From IMG/VR virus record IMGVR_UViG_3300046471_000063: a stretch of DNA of 64,000 nucleotides, one strand, 5' to 3'. Made by a program: the position numbers and the translations under genes. Below the pieces are notes generated by a model that did not search any database, was not told the DNA's origin, and saw only the letters and a program-made list of their open reading frames with translations. The DNA comes from an uncultured virus (IMG/VR IMGVR_UViG_3300046471_000063). Lineage: Duplodnaviria > Heunggongvirae > Uroviricota > Caudoviricetes. Positions 27,834-36,535 of the stretch are shown here, piece by piece; position 1 is the stretch's first letter, and each line of letters begins with the position of its first letter.

Positions 27834-28397
27834 TTACTGCGGGATGGCTTGCTCGCAAAGTTGCAGGATCCAGTCGACCCATTCCTTGCGCTGTCGATAC
27901 TGCGGCTCATCGTCACCAGGCACGCGAACCTCATGCGCCTCGCCGTGGTTTATCGAGCGGACCGCACTGACGATTTCGGAAAGTTGAGTTTGCAGCTCAT
28001 CAACCTGCTGGTCAGCCACGTTCAAGCGCTGCTGGAGTGCGGCGATCTCGGCCTGCAGGCGGGTGATTTCATCGGCAGCCTTCGTCACGGCCTCGCCGTC
28101 GAGATGGTCCCACGAGTGCCCGTTGCGGTAATTCAGCGCCATCGCACGCAACACATATTGTTGGCTTTGCAAGTTTCTACCCGTCATCCGCGCTTCAATC
28201 ATCTGCCAGACGATTTCATATTCTGGCCAGTCGCTTTCGATGACCAGAAACTTGCGTTGTGGTATCAGCACGTCATGGCAATTGAGGCGATGGAGTGCTG
28301 TGTAAAATTGCTGTCTCACGTCGGATCTGAACGCGGTGTCCAAGTCCTTGCGCTTGATGACGATGTAGCGATCTTCGCGCTGGAATTCCTGACTCAT
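27834..28397 (-). CDS. Early phage protein (Ead/Ea22-like mosaic)
   Basis: REDRYIVIK...ESDWPEYE motif plus coiled coil. Confidence 0.7.
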   Translation of the reverse strand: MSQEFQREDRYIVIKRKDLDTAFRSDVRQQFYTALHRLNCHDVLIPQRKFLVIESDWPEYEIVWQMIEARMTGRNLQSQQYVLRAMALNYRNGHSWDHLDGEAVTKAADEITRLQAEIAALQQRLNVADQQVDELQTQLSEIVSAVRSINHGEAHEVRVPGDDEPQYRQRKEWVDWILQLCEQAIPQ

Positions 28398-28708
28398 AAC
28401 CCCTCCCGCGGCGAAACAATGCCGCTCGCTTGAATGACTTCCATGCCGAGATGTCCAGCGAGTTCGATTTCGACGTTGGCGCCGCGCGACTGACGCCAGC
28501 CCGGCAGGAATGCGACAGCATCACATGTGAGCATCTGTCGGATGGCGTCGCGCATGCACAGGTGCCAGGGCGCGTCGGCGGGCAGAGGATTCTCTGCCGG
28601 GTTCTCGACGACGTAGCCCAGCGCGCGTAGCCGGTCGGCTTCAGCGTTGAACGCCGGGTAGTTGTAATCGGGCAGGCCCGTCATCGGCCCGCTGAGATAT
28701 ATGCGCAT
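28394..28708 (-). CDS. DUF4406-family protein
   Basis: RIYLSGPMTG..NYPAF, LPGW..SRGANVE. Confidence 0.85.
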   Translation of the reverse strand: MRIYLSGPMTGLPDYNYPAFNAEADRLRALGYVVENPAENPLPADAPWHLCMRDAIRQMLTCDAVAFLPGWRQSRGANVEIELAGHLGMEVIQASGIVSPREGL

Positions 28709-28778
28709 GGATTGATTCCCTGTAACCCAATTGGGTTACTTTTCGAGATGTAACCTCTGGAGGTTACTTTGGGGTTGG

Positions 28779-30695
28779 TCAGGCGGCGATTCGCCGGTAG
28801 AGGTCGATCAGGTCTGCAGCGTTTGCCGCCACCAGCGCTTCAGCTTCATACGGCGATACGCTGTTGCCGATCAGTTTCACCTGGTCGGTTTTGTTGATGT
28901 CCCGCCATTCTTCGGCGCCGGTCACCGGATCCACGAAGAGGCCGCGGTCGATGATGTAATCATGCGGAAAGCCTTGGGCCTTCTTAAGCTCTGGCGGCTG
29001 AAGCATGCGCAGCGTGATGTCGATCAGCACATACCCGTCGAGCATCACCAGATCGGCTGGCTCCTTGAAGTGCTCCGGCAGATGCTCGTGCATGAACGCG
29101 GCGCAGCGCCGGCCGCCTTCAAGTTGCTCGGGCGACAGCGCGCTCATTACCCGCTCGACCTCGATCACTGCGACACGGTCCTTGGTGGGCAGGGTGTGCA
29201 TGGGCTCTTGCAGAGATATACCGTCCTTCTCGTTCCCGTAGTACTTCACCAGGTAAGCGTTCACCAGCCGCTGGTTTGCGCCGGACTGGCAGATGGTCGA
29301 CAGCGGCGCCTCGGCGGCACGGCCATCACCGTCGTAAAACCCGCCGTTGGCCTGCTCAAAGAACGCGGCCACCACGCCATGACGCGCGGCGCCAGCGAGG
29401 GCTGTTTGCATCGGCTCAGATGGCAGACTGCCGACCGCGTTTTGGCCGAATGCGGTCATGTGGGCTGCGACGAGCGCCTGCTCACCTCGGTTCGCGCCGG
29501 TTACAGTGCGGGCGGGCTCGTTGAGCGAATACCCGCTGCGGTCGCCGTGGTGGGTCAAATGGGTGAGGTGCCCAGCCACCAACGCGAAATGACCGCCCTT
29601 GACCTGGGCGACTTGGGTGCGAAGCGGTTCCTGAACGTCGAAATTTCTCTGTGAGGATCCGTTGGCGCATTCGGTGAGGAATGGCGCGGTTATTGGTTGA
29701 ACCAGAGCATGATGGTTGCCGCCGGCGCTCACGGTCGATAAAGGCTCGCCTACTTCGTGAGTGCTGGTGTGGGCCTGGGAAGTACCGCGCATTGGCACGA
29801 TGAACGGCTTCGCGCTGGTCAGAACGTGTCGCCACAACCCCTTGGCAACCCGGCGCATGGTGTTCTTCGCCATAGGTTTCGCCCGGAAGATGGTCCGACC
29901 CAAGTTCGACCAGTCGATGCATTCGGCAGAGCTGCGCCACGCGTCCTGCTGTTTCGTCGGGGACTTGTGCCGAGTCGGCTCTGGCCAGACGATTGGTTTA
30001 CCGTCACGCCGTGCCACTAGGTACAGGCGCTTGCGAATCGTTGGCGCGCCAGCGTTGGCCGCCACACGCTCCCGCCACTCGACGTTGTAACCCATGCCGC
30101 GCACCAACGCTTCGACCGGCACGAACTCGCCTATGGCGTTGATGATTTCCGGCATGTCTGGGTGATCTTCCGGCAGGCCAGTGCTCATTGCCGCGATGAA
30201 CGCCTTGAAGGTACGGCCACGCTCGGACTTGATCGGCAGGCCCTCATCATCGATCGGTCCCCAGTCGCAGAACTCTTCCACGTTCTCCAGGTGCATCAGG
30301 CGCGGCCGCGTTGCGTGCAGCCACCGAATCACGACCCATGCCAACCCGCGCACCTTGCGATCGCGCGGCGCTCCCCCCTTGGCTTTGCTGAAGTGCTTGC
30401 AGTCCGGCGAAGCCCAGAGCAGTGCCACCGGAAGCCCGCGGGTTGCCATCAGCGGATCAACCTCGAAGACATCCGCCACATAATGCGCAGTCGTCGGGTG
30501 GTTGGCGCGGTGAACGGCCAAGGCGATCTCGTTGTGGTTTACAGCTACGTCCGGTTCCCGCCACGCCTTGGCGATTCCCTTGCTGGCGCCACCGCCGCCG
30601 GCGAACAGGTCAACGATGAGTTCCTGTTCGAAGGGCAGGGCCAATGATGGTGATTGCTCGCTGGCGAGCTTGTGCACTTTCTGAAATGCAGTCAT
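28779..30695 (-). CDS. Orphan C5 DNA cytosine methyltransferase
   Basis: DLFAGGGG (I), SPDC (IV), ENV (VI), R.R (VIII), IGNSV (X). Confidence 0.92.
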   Translation of the reverse strand: MTAFQKVHKLASEQSPSLALPFEQELIVDLFAGGGGASKGIAKAWREPDVAVNHNEIALAVHRANHPTTAHYVADVFEVDPLMATRGLPVALLWASPDCKHFSKAKGGAPRDRKVRGLAWVVIRWLHATRPRLMHLENVEEFCDWGPIDDEGLPIKSERGRTFKAFIAAMSTGLPEDHPDMPEIINAIGEFVPVEALVRGMGYNVEWRERVAANAGAPTIRKRLYLVARRDGKPIVWPEPTRHKSPTKQQDAWRSSAECIDWSNLGRTIFRAKPMAKNTMRRVAKGLWRHVLTSAKPFIVPMRGTSQAHTSTHEVGEPLSTVSAGGNHHALVQPITAPFLTECANGSSQRNFDVQEPLRTQVAQVKGGHFALVAGHLTHLTHHGDRSGYSLNEPARTVTGANRGEQALVAAHMTAFGQNAVGSLPSEPMQTALAGAARHGVVAAFFEQANGGFYDGDGRAAEAPLSTICQSGANQRLVNAYLVKYYGNEKDGISLQEPMHTLPTKDRVAVIEVERVMSALSPEQLEGGRRCAAFMHEHLPEHFKEPADLVMLDGYVLIDITLRMLQPPELKKAQGFPHDYIIDRGLFVDPVTGAEEWRDINKTDQVKLIGNSVSPYEAEALVAANAADLIDLYRRIAA

Positions 30696-30775
30696 GCGGG
30701 ATCCTCGCCAGTGGCGCGATTCGTGGAAGTGGGGTATTTGTGTCAGTCCCTACGACGTGCCATGAAGGAAGCGCC

Positions 30776-31045
30776 ATGACTGTTTCGAGCGACACAATTT
30801 GGAAACTCAAGCAAGCGGCCGAAAGGCTGGCAGTCGGCAGCGGAAGCGCCCTTGAACGAGCTCAAGATGCGTTGAACGAGCTTAAGGGCATTCGCTCAGA
30901 CGAATTTGCGGGTAACGTTGCTGGTGTCCTTTGGAGCTATGTGGAGTCGATTGCCAAATCAATCAGCAGTGGAACTGCCGATACCGCCCAGATTACTAAG
31001 TTCAACATCTCAATCTGGCAGCTGTTCGACGCCTATCGTCAGTAG
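30776..31045 (+). CDS. Antisense moron, hypothetical
   Basis: AAGGA RBS; ATG 30776. Confidence 0.65.
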   Translation: MTVSSDTIWKLKQAAERLAVGSGSALERAQDALNELKGIRSDEFAGNVAGVLWSYVESIAKSISSGTADTAQITKFNISIWQLFDAYRQ

Positions 31046-31106
31046 ACGCTCTCTCCAGTCAGCATTGAATGGCCTACGCTTACCTCTCCACAGGAAGGAG
31101 AAGGTC

Positions 31107-31307
31107 ATGAGCGAAGAGAGGGAGTTGGCGATGCAGATGGCGATCAAAGCGCTCCTGCTGGCAGCAAGAACGCAAGGGGTCCATGTGCAGGCCCTTTGTG
31201 AGGGCGCAGTTGATTTGATCGGCGCGAATTTCGGGCTGAGCCAGCAAAGCGTCATTGCGGCAACCACTATCCAGCGTCTGGCATATGAAGTCTCAGCCGA
31301 TCGCTGA
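31107..31307 (+). CDS. Antisense moron, hypothetical
   Basis: AAGGAG RBS; ATG 31107. Confidence 0.65.
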   Translation: MSEERELAMQMAIKALLLAARTQGVHVQALCEGAVDLIGANFGLSQQSVIAATTIQRLAYEVSADR

Positions 31308-31350
31308 GGCTGTCATTGCTATTGAGGTGGCCGCTGACGCGCTGGTGTGA

Positions 31351-31977
31351 TCAGGCGGCATCCCGTTTACCAATGAAGGAATCCCACGCATCTTTATCGC
31401 CGTTGGACACGTACCAACTCAGATCGAGGCTTTCCTCAGTGTCGCTTACCGACCCGCCGTACTGCGCTCCGGGAAAGGTGAAGGTCGCACGATTTGCGCA
31501 CCAGGGATAACCGCCCGTGAATTCTTTGAAGGTGAGGCCAGGCTGTTCCGCAATCACCTTTGCTTTGAATTCCTCAAACTTGGCGTTCCGGGCGCTGACT
31601 TCCGCATCGTGCTCGGCCTTGCATTCGGCCGAGCAATAGACCGTCCTGCCGTCAAACACCATTTCCAGCGGAACGTCCTCGCCAGACTCCTCATCCCAGC
31701 ATGAGGCGTCACTGTCACAGTGGGTGCCACAATGGCCGCAGTCAAACCACCACCCGGCGTCGATGTATGCCTTGGCCGGGATAAAACCCTGGTGGGCGTA
31801 TTGATCCGCCCACGGTGCGCGGCGGCAGGAGACATAACCGAAGTCAGCCCCAATCTCATCAGCACCTTGGCGTCGAGCGGCCACGCTGGTCGTCGCGAAC
31901 TGGATTGTGGACTCTTCCGGGTCATCGGTTTGAACGCTGAAGGCCAACACCTTGTGTGTCGTGGGTTTCTCGCTCAT
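31351..31977 (-). CDS. Hypothetical phage protein with CxxC/CxxxC zinc-binding motifs
   Basis: CRRAPWAD, WWFDCGHC, YCSAEC. Confidence 0.75.
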   Translation of the reverse strand: MSEKPTTHKVLAFSVQTDDPEESTIQFATTSVAARRQGADEIGADFGYVSCRRAPWADQYAHQGFIPAKAYIDAGWWFDCGHCGTHCDSDASCWDEESGEDVPLEMVFDGRTVYCSAECKAEHDAEVSARNAKFEEFKAKVIAEQPGLTFKEFTGGYPWCANRATFTFPGAQYGGSVSDTEESLDLSWYVSNGDKDAWDSFIGKRDAA

Positions 31978-32053
31978 GGCAGTGCTCCATGCGAAAGCCT
32001 CCGAAAGTTCGGTGGCGAATAGGTTGGTGGTGGGCTATACGTGGTGACCGATG

Positions 32054-32278
32054 TCACGCCCGTTGGACTGGGCGAATGCTGCGAGCGATGCCCGGAGTCT
32101 TGGTGATCGCGCCTTTCCGGATCATCGCGGTGATGCGGTCAGAGATTGCATTGCCATTCACGCCGGCGGCCTTTGCCATTTCGGCAACTGTCGGCGAGTA
32201 GCCGTTCTTCTTGCGGTAATCCGCGATGAAGGCCAGAGTTTCTGCCTGCACTGGGGTCAGTTCATTCTTCGTCTGCAT
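32054..32278 (-). CDS. LexA DNA-binding-domain-only protein
   Basis: LTPVQAETLAFI...GYSPTVAEMA...KGAI..PGIARSI; no peptidase domain. Confidence 0.85.
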   Translation of the reverse strand: MQTKNELTPVQAETLAFIADYRKKNGYSPTVAEMAKAAGVNGNAISDRITAMIRKGAITKTPGIARSIRPVQRA

Positions 32279-32591
32279 CTGGGTCAGGCTCCGCCATTCC
32301 GAGTTCTTTCAACTGACGCGCCAGCCTTGGTGTAACTACAAAAGCTGACGCGTCAGGTTTTCTCAAGCGACGAGCTTGTTCATCGCGCGGAGATGCCAAG
32401 AAGGACAGCGCCAGGTCCTGCCACAACTCCTGAATCTGGCTGTAACCGTGATCTTCCATCGCGGTTTCCATCCCCGACCGAATGCCGACCGGGACATCGA
32501 CGGACATCTTCTCGATGCCCAGCTTCGCCTTGGCCGTCTTCTGCCGTGCCCGGTAGTCCGCCGAGTGCTTCGCGGCTGCTGTCTTTTCCAT
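32262..32591 (-). CDS. Hypothetical phage protein
   Basis: GAGG RBS; operon coupling. Confidence 0.7.
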   Translation of the reverse strand: MEKTAAAKHSADYRARQKTAKAKLGIEKMSVDVPVGIRSGMETAMEDHGYSQIQELWQDLALSFLASPRDEQARRLRKPDASAFVVTPRLARQLKELGMAEPDPDADEE

Positions 32592-32675
32592 GGGGTGCCT
32601 CTTTGATCTGCTGCGCTGGCAAGTCCAGCCAGGCTTGCCGACGGCGCTGGTGTACGCGGGTGTTGATCTTGCGCA

Positions 32676-32990
32676 TCAGGTCGGTTCGGCCAAGCTGATG
32701 TCGTGCTCTTTGGCGATACGCCGGACGGTCCGGCTATCGATGCCGATCACCGTGGCGATTGTCGATGCCGACTTGCCCCCGGCGGCCAGTTCGCGAACTC
32801 GAGGCTCATGCTTGTCGCGCTTTGCCTTTAGGTTCTTCGGGTGGTTGCCGATCTCGGTGAACGGAATTTCGCCGCTTTTCCCGGCCGGAACCACTTCAAT
32901 GCGGTGGCCGGTCGCGAGGTAGTGATCGATCTGGGCCGACAGCTGCGCGATGGCCTGCTTGTGCTGGTCCGGCATGCTTTCGCCAATCAT
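32676..32990 (-). CDS. HTH-containing phage protein
   Basis: GKSASTIATVIGIDSRTVRRI. Confidence 0.75.
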   Translation of the reverse strand: MIGESMPDQHKQAIAQLSAQIDHYLATGHRIEVVPAGKSGEIPFTEIGNHPKNLKAKRDKHEPRVRELAAGGKSASTIATVIGIDSRTVRRIAKEHDISLAEPT

Positions 32991-33274
32991 TGCAGCACCG
33001 CCTGTGACAGCGTGACCTTCACACCGTCTGCGCGCGCCTCAAGGGCCTGGGCAAAGTTGACCGCATCCTTCCAGTTGAAGCGGAAGCCGCGCACCTTTCC
33101 GGTTTCGATTTCCACGACGTGGTAGGCGCTAACTCCCTTGGCGACAACCTGATAGCGAATTTTTTGGGCTGGTGGCTCTTTACCGATCATGGCGTAGAAC
33201 TCCGCAGTGGCGACTTTGGCGCGGATGGACATGGCTTTCAGGCCGTCCAGGCGCATTTGGATTTGTGGGTGCAT
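32987..33274 (-). CDS. Hypothetical phage protein
   Basis: RBS and ATGA coupling. Confidence 0.7.
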   Translation of the reverse strand: MHPQIQMRLDGLKAMSIRAKVATAEFYAMIGKEPPAQKIRYQVVAKGVSAYHVVEIETGKVRGFRFNWKDAVNFAQALEARADGVKVTLSQAVLQ

Positions 33275-33373
33275 GTCCTTTCCTCGGTGGGTTGCGTGTA
33301 CTCGTCAGCGCTCTGACCGCCTGCCATTTGCCGTTGGGCGCAGGGAAGAGCGCTGGCGGGTAAACGCCGTGTG

Positions 33374-33406
33374 AAAAAAAGCCCAGTCGAAACCGGGCTT
33401 TTCTTT
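33374..33406. terminator. Bidirectional intrinsic terminator
   Basis: A7-GCCC...GGGC-TTTT. Confidence 0.7.
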
Positions 33407-33598
33407 CATCCAGGGTTCAGTACGCCTCCGTAAGTGAACCGATTCGCCTGGCGCTGCGTGAGGCAGTAGGCCGGGTTCAATGTCGTTTACATGGCTGCAA
33501 ATCCTCATGAGTTGAAAGACACAATGCAGGTGGGCGGTTATGGGCCGCAGTTACGTCCGCATCCCGCTGCCCACTCGTTGAATGGGCAGAAGGATGAG

Positions 33599-33769
33599 TC
33601 AGGGCTTTTTGATCAGCGGCCAGATCAGCAACAAGATCAGGACAGCGAGAAACCCATCGGCGCACATGCTGATGATTCGAGACACTGAGTCGATCAGCAC
33701 CACGCCAACGAGCAGGGCCATAATGAGGAACGCCCGCAAGCGATTCCCCATCTGTTTGACCCAGGCCAT
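33599..33769 (-). CDS. Small two-TM membrane protein (TciB-like position)
   Basis: TGATG coupling to the TerB-like gene; hydrophobic. Confidence 0.65.
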   Translation of the reverse strand: MAWVKQMGNRLRAFLIMALLVGVVLIDSVSRIISMCADGFLAVLILLLIWPLIKKP

Positions 33770-34215
33770 CAGTCTTCGAAGTCTTTCAGATTCAGCCCCA
33801 GCCACTTGGCTGCTTGCTCCAGCGCTTTGCGCTCGGCGTCGTCGATGCCGCCTTCATCTGCGATGGTCAGCATGATGTTCATCACCGTCTTCGCTTCTTC
33901 CGGTGAGTGCTTCAGATCGCTCAGTTCTTTCTCAGCGTTCTGGCGCAGGATGCGGCGGCCACCATCTTTGAAGTCCGCTTCTGCACGGTCGATCGTGTCG
34001 CTCAGTTCGGCGCCGAAGCCCTTGAGTAGCGGGTTGTTTGCTATCAGCTTCTCGGTCTTCTTCAGTTCCGATTCAGCCAAGTCGCCGTCAGCAGCGGCGA
34101 TGAAGATCGCGCCATAAACAACGGCCTGCATCAGGTCACGGTTCACGTTTTTCGACATGGCCGCGGTTGCCTCAGCAGACGCCTTTTTAAACTTCTTTCC
34201 GAAAATTCCTAACAT
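33769..34215 (-). CDS. TerB-family protein (P1 TciA-like)
   Basis: IAAADG...SE and IADEGGIDDAER acidic helical repeats. Confidence 0.8.
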   Translation of the reverse strand: MLGIFGKKFKKASAEATAAMSKNVNRDLMQAVVYGAIFIAAADGDLAESELKKTEKLIANNPLLKGFGAELSDTIDRAEADFKDGGRRILRQNAEKELSDLKHSPEEAKTVMNIMLTIADEGGIDDAERKALEQAAKWLGLNLKDFED

Positions 34216-34276
34216 GGTGATGCCTCGGGTTGGGGGATTTCCCATCAGCCCCTCGCGAGAAGGGCTGCTAGCGAAA

Positions 34277-34738
34277 TCAGTAGTCGCTGCTGTTACTGCT
34301 GGAATCCGAAGAGCTGCAACTGTCGCTCGAGTAACTGTTCGAGCTGTAATCGCTGCTGCTGTGGCTGTTGGTGCAATGGTCTGTGGAGCGATGGGCCGTG
34401 CTTTCGTACGCGGTGTTGAGTGGACTCAACGGACTGATAGGGTTCAGTGGGTTGGAGATATCTGTGCTGCTGTCCGTCGCCCTAGCGCGTGAAGCCTCAT
34501 TTGGTCGACCGGACGCTGGCGCCCGAGATTGAGAGACTCGCGCGGCGCCACCATGAGTGAGTCCCACTTTCCCGGCGCCGTTAATGTGAACCAGGCGCTG
34601 GTCGAGAAGACGCTCCCAAATCTCCTGACCGATTGGCTCATGGTCTTCGAGGAAATTAGCGAGCGTCGCATTGCCGTTGGTGTTTTGGATGTACTGCAGA
34701 GCTTTGAGATGGGTGCTTATCATCGGTGCGGACTCCAT
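34277..34738 (-). CDS. Hypothetical protein with Ser-rich low-complexity tail
   Basis: NPLNPISP motif then SSSDYSS... Confidence 0.65.
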   Translation of the reverse strand: MESAPMISTHLKALQYIQNTNGNATLANFLEDHEPIGQEIWERLLDQRLVHINGAGKVGLTHGGAARVSQSRAPASGRPNEASRARATDSSTDISNPLNPISPLSPLNTAYESTAHRSTDHCTNSHSSSDYSSNSYSSDSCSSSDSSSNSSDY

Positions 34739-35278
34739 GTTGATTTCCCGTCTGGCCCTGTCTCCAAGGCCAGCCAGTGAAATCAGGTGCCGGTCTCTTC
34801 CCGGCTGTCATCCAGTCCTCGGCACTGGCGCCGCCCGTTACCCGCTGCTGATTGCAGGCTCTGAGTCATCGTTGGTTTGGGCGTTGCGCTTCCTCCTCGT
34901 CACCTCAATCAGCATCTGTAGGCGGCGAATCACAGGTCCTTACAACATGCACGCTGCAGCGCGTTGTGCCCGACTTAGTGGGGCAGGGTGCATGAGGTCC
35001 GGCGCTCCCAGCCGAGGCTATCGGGCGCGCTAATTCTTCAAATCTTCTCCATTACCGCCGGTTTGGCGGGGCGCATTGCTTACCGGGTCATTCGCACGGT
35101 CGGTAATCCTCGTCCGCCGCAGGTTGTTGCCTGTGTTCTCTGGCCCCTCAATGGCTTCGAGACGGACGCCGGTCGCCGGTAGAGGCAATGCGGTCTGTTA
35201 GTGGTTTGTCTTGGCTGTGTTTTTAAAGAGCGGCGCGGCTTTCGCTGCTGGCCGATTATGTGTCGGCATGGGCAAAAT

Positions 35279-35317
35279 ATAGGTCTACACATATTTGGTG
35301 TCAATGGGTAATCCCAT
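35279..35317. promoter_or_regulatory. OL: two CI operators
   Basis: ATAGGTCTACACAT (35279) and ATGGGTAATCCCAT (35304) match the OR consensus. Confidence 0.8.
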
Positions 35318-35362
35318 AAAATTAATGGAAGGCGATAAAAAGCCCGCACAAGCGGGCTTCAG

Positions 35363-35614
35363 TCAGATGTCGATATACCTCTTCCAGCCAATACGCACGC
35401 ACCCCGGTTCCAAGCGTTCAACGGTTATCCCGTCGGTTTCGTCCAGCTCTCGCAAAACCCTGTCCCACGCGTCGGGAGATTCTTCCTCGCGCCTTGAGAC
35501 GTTCACGGCTTGGTACTTCTGGACCTTTGGATCTGAAACGATTTGCTGAATGCGACGTCCCACTTTTTCGTATGAACTGGGCTCGTATATGGTGCTGGCA
35601 GTGGTAGGGGTCAT
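35363..35614 (-). CDS. DUF1654-like protein
   Basis: YEKVGRRIQQIV..PKVQ...WDRVL; AAGGAGG RBS. Confidence 0.75.
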   Translation of the reverse strand: MTPTTASTIYEPSSYEKVGRRIQQIVSDPKVQKYQAVNVSRREEESPDAWDRVLRELDETDGITVERLEPGCVRIGWKRYIDI

Positions 35615-35634
35615 GTCATCCTCCTTGGTTAATG

Positions 35635-35650
35635 CTGTACGAATATACAG
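35635..35650. promoter_or_regulatory. LexA (SOS) box
   Basis: CTGTACGAATATACAG, 20 bp upstream of the start at 35614. Confidence 0.85.
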
Positions 35651-35794
35651 TAATGACCTTGTAGGAAATCGGCAACGCCCTACCGTCCTCTTGTTCGAAA
35701 TGTGTAAACTTTTCAGGCATGTCTTTCTTTTTTTGGACAAAGAAAAGCCCGCTGGTAGGCGGGCCGGTCCGTCGATGATCGATCTAATCTGACG

Positions 35795-36448
35795 TCAAAG
35801 TTTACCCGTCATGCGGACGGCCACTCCAATGATCCGACAGTTTTCATCGCACTCGACCATCTTGTAGTCCGGGTTCAAAGGTTTCAAATACCGAATCCCT
35901 CCGTCCTCTACGAGCTTTTTGAAAGTCGCCTCGTTGCTGGCGGGAAGCTTGGCTATCACCAGCTTTCCTGGCTTCACGTCGGCTTCGGTGTCGACAAGGA
36001 TCATCATTCCTTCGGGAACGCTTGTCCCCGATGGGGCAGTCATCGAATCGCCTTTTACTTCAAGCCAAAACGCAGGTCCTTTCGAGTCGTAATCAGACAA
36101 TTCATATCGATCAGAGAAGCCGTCCGGGTATGGCTGTACTGCCTCCTCCCAGGAACCGGCCGAGACCCAGCTGATGACAGGATAGCGATAGAGCATCTCA
36201 GGCTGGACTACGGACTTGACGTTCGATGGCTCAACAGGCTCTGAGATCATCTGACCAGCTCCGCTTTCTATCCATATCGCAGAAACCCCACAGGCTTTTG
36301 CGATGGAAGCGTTGTAAGAGGAGCGGGCGGATCGACCCCTTTCGAGGTCCGATATTGATGCCTGGTCGATGCCGACCAGTTTCGCTAATTGCGCCTGGGT
36401 GAGGCCGGCGTGGCGCCGTGCGGCCTTGATGCGTTCTTTATATTCCAT
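35795..36448 (-). CDS. cI: CI-like repressor (HTH + S24 peptidase)
   Basis: LTQAQLAKLVG HTH, VSAG cleavage site, GDSM Ser, TFKKL Lys; real start MEYKERIK at 36448. Confidence 0.95.
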   Translation of the reverse strand: MEYKERIKAARRHAGLTQAQLAKLVGIDQASISDLERGRSARSSYNASIAKACGVSAIWIESGAGQMISEPVEPSNVKSVVQPEMLYRYPVISWVSAGSWEEAVQPYPDGFSDRYELSDYDSKGPAFWLEVKGDSMTAPSGTSVPEGMMILVDTEADVKPGKLVIAKLPASNEATFKKLVEDGGIRYLKPLNPDYKMVECDENCRIIGVAVRMTGKL

Positions 36449-36460
36449 CTCCCGATTATT

Positions 36461-36522
36461 ACTGGTGCTCCCATATCGTTGCAAAGAGGTATACCTATGC
36501 TCTACGATATGGGTATTCACAT
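36461..36522. promoter_or_regulatory. OR: three 14-bp operators, 24-bp period
   Basis: ACTGGTGCTCCCAT, AGAGGTATACCTAT, ATGGGTATTCACAT between divergent cI and cro. Confidence 0.85.
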
Positions 36523-36535
36523 ACGGAGGGGCAGC

